From Mobula birostris (Eukaryota), in contig NC_092372.1 of the NCBI RefSeq assembly GCF_030028105.1, positions 209,599,898 to 209,663,897 on the forward strand: a stretch of 64,000 nucleotides of DNA, written 5' to 3'. The notes under the pieces were generated by a model that was not told where the DNA came from, did not search any database, and worked only from the letters and a program-made list of their open reading frames with translations. How positions within the stretch are numbered: the first letter of the stretch is position 1; the number at the start of each line of letters is the position of its first letter. Of the stretch, positions 53,276-64,000 are shown piece by piece. Both the position numbers and the translations under genes were made by a program.

Positions 53276-54134
53276 CACAGGCAGACAAGTGATATCTGAT
53301 GGTGCTAATGAGGGTGTCTTTGGTGAGATGGTGCCTTCCTTCTATCAAATGCCACCTGTTCTCAACTGGGCCTTCCCTGCGACCATTCCAGAAGTTCCTT
53401 CTCCACTTGGAATAGTTGTGGGTCAAGGAATCTGAGGAGTCAGTGGAGGTGTTGCATTTCTTCAAGAAGTCTTGACCACAGCCCTGAATCTTTTCATCTG
53501 TCCACACGATGATCTCTTGCCATGGCAGACTTCAGAATAGAGTGTCTGTTTCAGGAAATGGGTGTCAATTGACACTAATGAAGTAAATTTGGGTCCTTAA
53601 TATTAGGGATGTTGGGCTGGGAGATGATGGTGATACGGCCATTTATCCTTCCACTGGATCTGAAAGAATTTATGGATACTGTGCTGCCCTGCCTGTTTTC
53701 AGCCCACTAACCAAAGTGCACTGTCACTCTCAACAATATTGAATTTACTTTTAGATTCAGTCTTTTCACATAGAACTTACCCTAGGACAGTACCTTTGGG
53801 AGATCACACAGCAATTCTCATTGAGAGGTCAGCAGTGGAGGGTGTGCGGATTCAAGCTCCTGGACATCACTATCTCAGAGGGTCTATCCTCAGCCCAACA
53901 CGTTAATACAATCGTGAAGAAGGCATGCCAGCCGCTCTGCTTCATTGGGGTTTTGAGGAGATTTGGTGCGTCACCAGAGGAACTTGCAAATTACTGTCAT
54001 ATTATGATGGCAAGCATACTGCCGGGTTGCATCACCATCTGGTATGGAGGTGTAAAGTGCAGGATGAAGGAGGCTGCAAAGGGTTGTAGAGTCAGCCAGC
54101 ACCATCACGGGCACAACCCTCCCAACCAACGAAG

Positions 54135-54765
54135 AGGGAGAAGATGGCGGTGCGCGCGGCCATTCTTAACGAGTATCAATTATGTGTAACTAGGGGCCAT
54201 GCCAATCTGGATTTGATGGAGACAGCCGTGAGAAGCGCAGAGGAACATTTGGAGTAACTTCTGAAATGCCTGCTTTGCTGCCGCTGCTACTGTGCGATCG
54301 AGAATCTCCGGAGACGAAGGCCCCAAATCCTCAGCTTTGCGTATCGCCTGTTGCCGGGGCTGGGGTCGAAGCGCTCAGCAGAGATGGTGCTCGGTGCTCG
54401 GTGTCGAAGAGGGGGGTCAGAGGCTTGGAGTTTTCGGATGGACTCGGAGTCGGTCTATGGTCAGATGCTTCCAGGATGCTGCACCGGCAAGTTGACGGCC
54501 CTGGAGGTTTACCGTCTGCGCGAGATGATGGGACTTTCGAGAGACTTTGAGACTTTTACTGTGCCATGGTCTGTTCTTATCAAATTACGGTATTGCTTTG
54601 TACATTGTAACTATATGTTATAATTACGTGGATTTTGTTAGTTTTTAAGTCGGTTTGTCATGTGTTTTCGTGATATCATTCTGGAAACACATTTTATCAT
54701 TTCTTAATGCATGCATTACTAAATGACAATAAAAGGGGACTGCGTGTCCTCATAATCATATCATA
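54135..54765 (+). mobile_element. Short non-coding retroposon nested in a Rex1-like 3' fragment (53820-55015)
   Basis: Starts GGGAGAAGATGGCGG, CpG-rich, ends ACAATAAA...CATAATCATATCATA. The flanks join into a Rex1-like C-terminal sequence. Confidence 0.6.
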
Positions 54766-55374
54766 TACCTTCAGAAGGTGGCGTCTCACAAAGGTGGCAT
54801 CAGGGACCCTCATCATCTGGGGCATGGCATCTTCTCATTTCTACCATCAGAGAGGAGGTACAGGAGCCCGAAGACCCATACAATGTGTTAGGAACATCTA
54901 CTTACACTCCCATCAGATTCCTGAACAGTCCATGGCACTACCTCGCTATTTCTCTTTTGCATTATTTATTTATCTTTAAATTTCATGACATCAGTGATAA
55001 TAAATGTGAATCTGATACTGAGTACAGGATGGGACATAATAGCTCGGTATAGCAACTACTCTGCATGTGACTGCAAGAAACTGCAGAGAACTGTTGTTCA
55101 ATACATCTAGAAAGCAGCCTCCCCTGCATGGACTTGTTGCTTCAGTAAAAGCAGCCAGCGTAATCAAAGATCCCACCCACCCTAAACATTCTCATTTCCC
55201 CTCTTCTATTGGGCAGAAGATACAAAAGCCAGGGTACACGTACCACCAGGCTCAAGGACAGCCTCTACCCACTGTTATAAGAGGACTGAATATTTTGTTG
55301 GTATCATAAAATGGATTCTGAACCTCACTCTACCCTGTGATGATCTTGCACTGTATTGTTTACCTGAACTGCAC

Positions 55375-56076
55375 TTTCCAACATGTTGGTCCATGGCCTC
55401 CTCTACTGGAATGATGAGACCATTCTCAGGGTGGAGGAGCAATATCTCATATTTCATCTGGGTAGACTCCAACCTGATGGCCATGAACATTAGTTCCTCT
55501 AACTTCCAGTGACTTTTCCTCATGCCCCTTCCCTCTTCTTCAATTCCCCTCTCTGGCCCCGCTCTTATTTTTTCTCTTCTCGCCACCTGCCTATCACCTC
55601 CCCCCAGTGCTCTTTCTCCTTCCCTTTCTCCCATGGCCCACTCTCCTCTCCTATTGGATCCTTCTTTTCCACTTATCACCTCGTAGCTTCTTACTTTATC
55701 CCCCTCCCCTACCTGGCTTCACCTATCACCTATCCTGACGAAGGGTCTCGGCCTGAAAAGTCAACTGCACCTCTTCCTATAGATGCTGCCTGGCCTGCTG
55801 CGTTCACCAGCAACTTTTATGTGTGTTGCTTGAATTTCCAGCATCTGCAGAATTCCTGTTGTTCACCTATCACCATCTAGCTTGTACTCCTTCCCCCCCC
55901 CCCCCACCTCCTTATTCTGGCTTCTTCCCCCTTCCTTTCCGGTCCTGATGAAGGGTCTGGACCCAAAACGTCGAGGGCTTACTCCTCTCCATAGATGCTG
56001 CCTGACCTGCAGAGCCCCTCCAGCATTTTGTATTTGTTGCTAAGGATTTCCAGCATCTGCAACATTTCTTGTGTTT
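55375..56076 (+). mobile_element. Penelope-like element with a younger terminal-repeat copy (55731-55861) inserted inside
   Basis: MLVHGLLYWNDETILRVEEQYLIFHLGRLQPDG. TSD TTCACCTATCACC at 55718-55730 and 55862-55874. Hammerhead-like cores at 55735 and 55945. Confidence 0.85.
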
Positions 56077-56899
56077 ATGATTTGCTGTATCTCGTGGTGC
56101 CCTTTGCACTTTATTCAATGTTGTTATTGTTTTACCTTATTCTATGTCAATGCACTGTGTAATGATTTCATCTGTATGAACAGTATGCAAGACAAGGTAT
56201 TTGCCGTACTTCAGTGCATGTGACAATAGTAAACCAATTCTACTTCCTTTGGCCCAACTCATCCATGTTGAACCAAATGTCGATGTGAACTAGTCTAGAT
56301 CTCCCTCAATGTTCTCTGTCTGTATACGCATCTAAATGTAATTGTACCTGCCTCTACCACTTCCTCTGGCAGCTCACAGGCATCCATGTGAAAAACCTGC
56401 CCATCAGGTTTTCTTTAAATCATTTCCCTAATATTCTAAGCCCATGCTCTCTCATTTTAGGCTCCCTGTCCTTGGAAAAAATGATCCTATCCATGTCATT
56501 CATAATTTTATAGTTCCCTACAAGGTCACCCCTCAGCCTTCTATGAACGTTGAACATAGAACTTTACAACACAGCAAAGGCCCTTTAGCCCACAATATTG
56601 TGCCAACCCTTTAACATACTCAAAGATCAAACTAACATTTCTGTCCGATATAACCCTCTATTTTTCTCTCATGCATCTTAGCACAAGGTCTATTTGGAAA
56701 GATTGGGTGTGGGGTGAAATGTGGCAGCGAGGTCCAAGCCCAGAGCCTATCAAAGCAACAAGGCCCGGGTCCTAGACCAAGGAATGACCCAATGTTCGGA
56801 CAATTTAAACACCAGCCAGACTGAATGGCAGGGTTTCGAGGGACGACACGAGGGTTGGGCCGGTTCTGCTTGCTGCTTCATGATGTTTATGAAATTACA

Positions 56900-57723
56900 G
56901 TAATTACAGAGGCATGAGAGAGGAGTTGGCCAGAATTGATTGGAAAAGAACACTGGCAGGGATGATGGCAGAGCAGCAATGGCTGAAATTTCTGAAACAA
57001 TTCGGAAGGCACAGGATATATACATCTCAAACAGGAAGAAGTATTCTAAAGACAAGATAACACACCCATGGCTAACAAGGGAAGTTAAAGAAACATAAAA
57101 GCCAAAGAGAGGACATATAATTGAGCAAAAAATTAGTTGGGAAGCTTTTAAATACCAACAGAAGACAAGTAAAAAGTAATTAAAAAGGGAAAGATGGAAT
57201 ATGAAAGTAAGCCAGCCAATAATATTAAAGAGTGAGCCAAAAGTTTCTTCAGATGCATAAAGTGTAAAAGAGAGGCAAGAGTGGATTTTGGACCACTGAA
57301 AAACGATGCTGGAGAGGTAGTAACAGGGGATGAGAAAAGGCAGAAGAACTGAATAAGTATTTTGTATCAGTGTTTACTGTGGAAGGCTCTAGCAGTATGG
57401 TGGAAGTTCTAGGTGCCAAGGGCTATGAAGTGTGTGAAATTACCATTACTAGGGAGAAGGTTCTTGGGAACCTGAGAGGTCTGAAGGTAGATAAGTCACC
57501 TGGACCAGATAGTCTATACCCCACGGTTCTGAAAGAAGTGGTTGAAGAGATCGTGGAGGCATTAGTAATGATCTTTCAAGAATCACTAGATTCTGGAATG
57601 GTTCCAGAAGACTGGAAAATTGCAAATGTCACTCTGCACTTCAAGAAGGGAGAGAGGCGGAAGAAAAGAAATTATAAGCCAGTCAGTCTGACCTCGGTGT
57701 TTGAGAAGGTGCTGAAGTCGATT
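56900..57723 (+). mobile_element. CR1 ORF2 internal fragment
   Basis: LKVDKSPGPDSLYPTVLKE...VPEDWKIANVT...NYKPVSLTSV. Confidence 0.85.
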
Positions 57724-58100
57724 CAACACACACAAAATGTTGGAGGAACTCAGCAAACCAGGCAGCATCTGTGGAAAAAAGTACAGTCGACATTTCGGGC
57801 CGAAACCCTTCGGCAGGACTGGAGGAAAAAAAGCTGAGGAGCAAATTTAAAAGGTGGGGGGAGGGGAGTGAGAAACACGAGGAGATAGGTGAAACTGGAA
57901 TGGGGAGGGAATGAGGTAGAGCTGGGAAGTAAATTGGTAAAAGAGACAGAAGGCCATGGAAGAAAGAAAAGTGGGGGAGGAGCACCAGAGGGAGACGACG
58001 GGCAGGCAAGGAGATAAGGTGAGAGAGGGAAAAGGGGGTGGGAAATGGTGAAAGGGAGGGGGATGGGGGGCATTACCAGATGTTGGAGAAACCGATGTAA
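57724..58100 (-). mobile_element. Penelope-like 3' portion with hammerhead-like motif
   Basis: Minus strand CAGTC-CTGCCGA-A-GGGTTTCGGCCC-GAAA-T-GTC-GACTG at 57784-57821. Confidence 0.8.
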
Positions 58101-59596
58101 ACCGTGTGGTATAAGCTGGCGGCAAAGACATGTTCCCAGAAAGGATACAAGGCTGCAGCAGCAGGTCTGGGTAAGCACGTGGTTGAAGAGTCGGAGAGCA
58201 GCAGGGATCACAGAGAGGGGGCGGCGAGAGAGGGTTTCACTGAACTCCCGTAGGGAGAAGATTTAAACTTTTTCAGGCTAGGCATCCCTGGAAGAGATTT
58301 CACAGTGTAGTGATCCAATCACAAACAAGAGAAACTCTGCAGCTGCCGGAAGTCCAAGCAACACACGCAAAATGGACAGCAGAAATGTGGCAAATGTTCA
58401 GGGGATATTTGCATGGGGTTCTGCGTAGATACGTTCCAATGAGACAGGGAAAGGATGGTGGAGTACAGGAACCGTGGTGTACAAAGGCTGTTGTAAATCT
58501 AGTCAAGATGAAAGAAAAGCTTATGAAAGGTTCAAAAAATTAGGTAATGATAGAGATCTAGAAGATTATAAGGCTATCAGGAAGGAACTTAAGAATGAAA
58601 TTAGGAGAGCCAGAAGGGGCCATGAGAAGGCCTTGGTGGACAGGATTAAGGAAAACCCCAAGGCATTCTACAAGTATGTGAAGAGCAAGAGGATAAGATA
58701 TGAAAGAATAGGACCAAACAAATATGACAGTGGAAAAGTGTGTATGGAACCGGAGGAGATAGTAGAGATACTTAATGAATACTTTGCTTCAGTATTCACC
58801 ACGGAAAAGGATCTTGGCAATTGTAGGGATGACTTGCAGTGGACTGAAAAGCTTCAGCATGTAGATATTAAGGAAGGGGATGTGCTGGAGCTTTTGGAAA
58901 GCATCAAGTTGGATTAAGTCAACGGGACCGGATGTGATGTACCCCAGGCTACTGTGGGAAGCAAGGGTGGAGATTGCTGAGCCACTGGCGATGATCTTTG
59001 CATCATCAGTGAGGACAGGAGAGGTTCCGGAGGATTGGAGGGTTGCAGATGTTGTTCCCTTATCCAAGAAAGGCAGTAGGGATAGCCCAAGAAATTATAG
59101 ACCAGTGAGTCTTACTTCAGTGGCTGGTAAGTTGAGGGAGAAGATCCTGAGAAGCAGGATTTATGAACATTTGGAGAGGCATATGACCAGGAATAGTCAG
59201 CATGACTTTGTGAAAGGCAGGTCGTGCCTTACAAGCCTGATTGAATTTTTTGAGGATGTGACTAAACACATTGATGAAGGTAGAACCGTAGATGTAGAGT
59301 ATATGGATTTTAGCAAGACATTTGATAAGGTACCCCATTCAAGGCTTATTGAGAAAGTAAGGAGGCATGGGATCCAAGGGGACATTGTTTTGCAGATCCA
59401 GAACTGGCTTGCCCACAGAAGACAAAGAGAGGTTGTAGACGGGTCATATTCTGCATGGAGGTCTCTGACCAGTGGTGTGCCTCAGGGATCTGTCCTGGGA
59501 CTCTTACTCTTTGTGATTTTTATAAATGACCTGGATGAGGAAGTGGAGGGATGGTTTAGTAAATTTGCTGATGACACAAAAGCTGGGGGTGTTGTG

Positions 59597-62500
59597 AATT
59601 GTGAGTTTGACCATGGTTTTCTTAGCAAATTGCAACGGTGGTTTGCTGTTACCTACCATTGGGCGAACTAAAGAAATCGCCATTTCTCTTCCCAAATGTT
59701 CATCCACCTATTCTATAGCCGTTGACATTTGAGGTCCTAGCTCATCCACCTTCTCCGTCATAAGTTCAGTTACTGAACCTGCCGGATCTGCCGTCAAGAG
59801 GATCTTCAAGACAACTCTGAAGATGTTTCGCTCGGTAGGGTTGATTCTGGTCAGCAGGGGATCCCCAACCGTCATCAAGCTACTGCTCATAAAATTAAGG
59901 TAACACAAGAAAATTATTGCCACTTGGAATGTAAGAACCCTATATCAAGCGGAAAGATTGGACAATGTGATAAGTTAAATGGAAGGACTAAAGATTAACA
60001 TTATGGGAATTAGTGAAGTTCGTTGGACAGGTGCTGGAACATGTCAGATTAGAAATAAAACACTAGTTTATTCTTGTGGAACATCCCATACTAATGGAGT
60101 AGGAATTCTTATGGATGAAAACATGGCAAAAAGTGTTTTAGGACATTGGGAAATATCAGAAAGAATGCTCCTTGTCAGATTCAGAGGACAACCATTTGAT
60201 TTAGCAATTATACAGGTATATGCACCAACAACAGATGGAACAAATGAGGATATAGATAAATTCTATGAAGAGCTTGAACAAGCAAAGTATGGATGCAAAT
60301 CTCAAGATATTGTTATTGTCATGGGAGATCTAAATGCTAAATTAGGACAAGGTGCTGATGGAAATACCATAGGAAAATTTAGACTAGGGGAAAGAAATGA
60401 AAGAGGTGAGAAATGGGTAGAATGGTGCAAGATGAATAATCAGGTCATTATGAATACCTACTTTAAAAACCATCCATGAAGCTTGTGGACCTGGAAAAGT
60501 CCAGGTGATAACACCAGAAATCAAATTGACTTTATTACTATAAACCAAAGATTCAGAAACTCAGTGACTCAATGCAAAACATATCCAGGTGCAGACTGTA
60601 ATAGCGACCATAACCCATAACATTACATGTCATGTAAAAGTAAAACTTTTAAAACTAAAGAAGCAGATACCTGAACAATCCCTTGACTACTTGCAATGAA
60701 TTAAAGAAGAAAACATAAGACAAAAATTTACAATTGAAGTAAGGAATGGATTTCAAAGTCTAGAAATAGAATCTGTTGAAGATGATAGAAATCATGTAGA
60801 AATGAAATTTAACTCCCTAAAGGATGCCTTGGTAGAATCAGCAAAGTCAGTGATTCCTAAAAAAAGAAAAAAGCACAAAGAATAAATGGATGACAGATGA
60901 AATCAAAAATCTAATGAAAGAAAGGAGACAGAAGAAAGTAAATCCTATAGAATGTAGGTCCATAGATAAAAAAGTTAAAAGCTTATGTCAAAAAGCCAAA
61001 GAAGAATGGTTAAACCGGGAATGTGAGCTAATAGAAAGAATCCCTATTACGGATCCAAAAAGGTTACATCAACAAATCAAGAATATCACTGGTAAATGCA
61101 CCTCTGTTCTTCAGGTGGATGTTTGAAAGCAAAGGACGGTACCATTATCACGAAAAAAGATGAGATTATGAACAGATAAACTGAGTATATTCAGGAATTG
61201 TTTGAAGACGATCGAGGTGAAAAACCAGAAATTAAGAAAAACATTGAAGGTCCAAGTATTTTAAAATCTGAAGTTCGTAATGCAATAAATAAGATGAAGA
61301 AAGGAAAGGCAGCAGGTCCTGATGAATTAGTAATAGAACAAATTATTGCCCTTGAAGATTATGGAATTGAAAAACTTACTGTTTTAATCAATGACATTTA
61401 TGAGACTGGAATAATACCTGAAGAGATGAAAAAATCAGTACTTATCACTCTTGCTAAGAAAGCTGGAGCAATAGAATGTGAATTACATAGGACCATAAGC
61501 TTAATGAGTCATATCACCAAGATACTTCTAAGAATTTTGATGACAAGAGCTAAAAGTAAGATACAAGCTGAAATAGGTAAAGGACAATGCGGTTTTGTGA
61601 AAGACAAAGGTACAAGAAACGCAATATTGACGTTAAGGATACTATCAGAACGAGCTATTCAAGTGCAAAAAGATTTGTTTGTTTGTTTTATCGACTACAC
61701 AAAAGCATTTGATAAAGTGAAGTACAATAAGTTATTCAAAATATTACAGGAAACTCTAGATCTAGATTCGAAAGACCTCCGTCTAATCAAAAATCTGTAC
61801 TGGGAACAAACTGCCGCTGTAAGAATAAATGGAGAAGTGAGTCAGTTCACGAAGATCAAGAGAGGCGTTAGACAAGGGTGTGTTTTCTCCCCTGATTTAT
61901 TTAATGTGTACAGTGAAACAATATTACAAAAAATAAGAGACATCTTGGGAATCAAAGTTGGCAGTGAAAACATCAATAATTTCAGATATGCAGATGACAC
62001 TGTATTAATTGCAAGTACGGAGTAAGAACTACAAAACTTAATTGATATAATTGTTGAAGAAAGTGCAAAAATGGATCTATCTATCCATTGCAAAAAAACA
62101 GAATGTATGGTGATATCCAAAAAGAAGGAGAATCCTATCTGCAGGCTGAGAATAAACGGGGAAGACATAAAACAAGTACAGAACTTTTGCTACTTAGGAA
62201 GCTGGGTGACATCAGATGGCAGGTGCGACTTGGACATCAAAAGAAGAATAGGGATTTCAAAAGACACCTTTACGAGAATGAAGAGTATACTGACCAATAC
62301 CAAACTAGGCATGACAACCCGCCTCATTGTACTGAAATGTTACGTTTATCCAGTTATGTTATATGGCTCCGAATGTTGGACAATATCCAGTAACATGAGG
62401 AAACAAATTGTAGCAGCAGAGTTGTGGTTTTTGAGGAGGATGCAAAGAATATCATGGATGAAACGTATCTGACGAGGATGTCATGTACAGAGCAAACACA

Positions 62501-63490
62501 AAAACAGAAATAATGTATGAGATCATGAAAAGGCAACGTAACTTTATTGGACATGTGATTAGGAAAGAGGAGTTAGAATGCATGGTAATTAGACCATAAG
62601 ACCATAAGACAAAGGAGCAGAAGTAGGCCATTCAGCCCATCGAGTCTGCTCCGCCATTTTATCATGAGCTGATCCATTTTATCCTATTTAGTCCCACTGC
62701 CCCGCCTTCTCACCATAACCTTTGATGCCCTGGCTACTCAGATACCTATCAATCTCTGCCTTAAATACACCCAATGACTTGGCCTCCACTGCTGCCCGTG
62801 GCAACAAATTCCATAGATTCACCACCCTCTGACCAAAAAAATTTTTTCGCATTTCTGTTCTGAAAGGGTGCCCTTCAATCCTGAAGTCATGCCCTCTCGT
62901 ACTAGACTCCCCCATCATGGGAAACAACTTTGCCACATCCACTCTGTCCATGCCTTTTAACATTCGAAATGTTTCTATGAGGTCTCCCCTCATTCTTCTA
63001 AACTCCAAGGAATACAGTCCAAGAGCGGACAAACGTTCCTCATATGTTAACCCTCTCATTCCCGGAATCATTCTAGTGAATCTTCTCTGTACCCTCTCCA
63101 ACGTCAGCACATCCTTTCTTAAATAAGGAGACCAAAACTGCCCACAGTACTCCAAGTGAGGTCTCACCAGCGCCTTATAGCGCCTCAACATCATATCCCT
63201 GCTCCTATACTCTATTCCTCTAGAAATGAATGCCAACATTGCATTTGCCTTCTTCATTACTGACTCAACCTGGAGGTTAACTTTAAGGGAATCCTGTACT
63301 TTAAGGTAATTATGGGAAAGATTGAAGGGAAGAAAGCAAGAGGAAGACAAAGACAAATGATGATGGAGACAGCAGCTAGAGAACTGGAAATGAATGCCAA
63401 TGAATTGATCCACTTGACCCAAAACAGGAGTGTGTGGGCCATGGCAGTCAAAGTTCAAACTGGGCATGGCACCTGATGATGATGATGATG
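59597..63490 (+). mobile_element. Near full-length RTE-clade LINE with inverted 5' segment
   Basis: ATWNVRTL, MGISEVRW, IIQVYAPT, VMGDLNAK (APE endonuclease); HRTISLMSH, FIDYTKAFD, GVRQGCVFSP, FRYADDT (RT); (GAT)n tail at 63474-63490. Several stops. Confidence 0.92.
62592..63304 (-). mobile_element. Young CR1 3' fragment nested in the RTE
   Basis: Open ORF ...LVRPHLEYCGQFWSPYLRKD...NFFGQRVVNLWN; (CTTATGGT)n tail; TSD GGTAATTA at 62584-62591 and 63305-63312. Confidence 0.92.
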
Positions 63491-64000
63491 GTGTGGATAG
63501 CGTGGAGGGCTGTCAGAGGTTACAGCGAGACATTGATAGGATGCAAAACTGGGCTGAGAAGTGGCAGATGGAGTTCAACCCAGATAAGTGTGAGGTGGTT
63601 CATTTTGGTAGGTCAAATATGATGGCAGAATATAGCATTAATGGTAAGATTATTGGCAGTGTGGAGGATCAGAGGGATCTTGGGGTCCGAGTCTATAAGA
63701 CACTCAAACCTGCTATGTAGGTTGACTCTGTGGTTAAGGAGGTATACAGTGTATTGGCCTTCATCAATTATGGAATTGAATTTAGGAGCTGAGAGGTAAT
63801 GTTGCAGCTTTATAGAACCCTGGTCAGACCCCACTTGGAGTACTGTGCTCAGTTCTGGTCGCCTCACTACAGGAACGATGTGGAAACCATAGAAAGGGTG
63901 TAGAGGAGATTTACAAGGATGTTGCCTGGATTGAGGAGCATACCATATGAGAGTAGGTTGAGTGAACTTGGCTTTTTCTCCTTAGAGCAACTGAGGATGA

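Larger units (their letters stand above)
58365..64000 (+). mobile_element. CR1 LINE ORF2 (runs off window), split by an RTE insertion
   Basis: 58365-59596 ends [10 protein letters not shown]...[12 protein letters not shown] and resumes at 63491 with VDSVEGCQRLQRDIDRMQNWAEKWQMEFNPDKC. Frameshifts and stops present. Confidence 0.92.

Noticed and set aside
25600-64000. Exons of the usual downstream neighbour rbm33
   Set aside because: No ORF resembling RBM33 was recognised. The gene probably lies beyond the window, though short exons could be missed.

Overview
Vertebrate genomic DNA, most likely an elasmobranch (shark or ray), inferred from the repeat repertoire rather than from a search. The only host protein-coding gene I can support is a complete three-exon sonic hedgehog (shh) on the + strand: CDS 7501-7797, 11438-11699 and 23918-24612, 417 aa, GT-AG introns of 3.6 and 12.2 kb. 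It comes with a CCAAT promoter, a uORF, candidate intronic midline and brain enhancers (an ar-C/SFPE2-like block is recognisable) and an AU-rich 3'UTR. The rest is dense, often nested, retroelement debris: CR1, Rex1/Babar-like and RTE LINEs, tRNA-derived SINEs, Tc1 remnants and Penelope-like elements. The most striking non-obvious signal is a dispersed Penelope-type repeat. About 16 copies share a consensus that folds as a minimal type I hammerhead ribozyme (CAGTC-CTGATGA-A-GGGT-CTCG-GCCC-GAAA-C-GTC-GACTG). They include a 222-bp foldback copy with a 12-bp target-site duplication carrying the motif on both strands. Other notable items are a 5'-inverted RTE inside a three-level LINE nest, a leftward CTCF-like site downstream of shh, and a Tyr-to-Asn change near the Shh zinc site.
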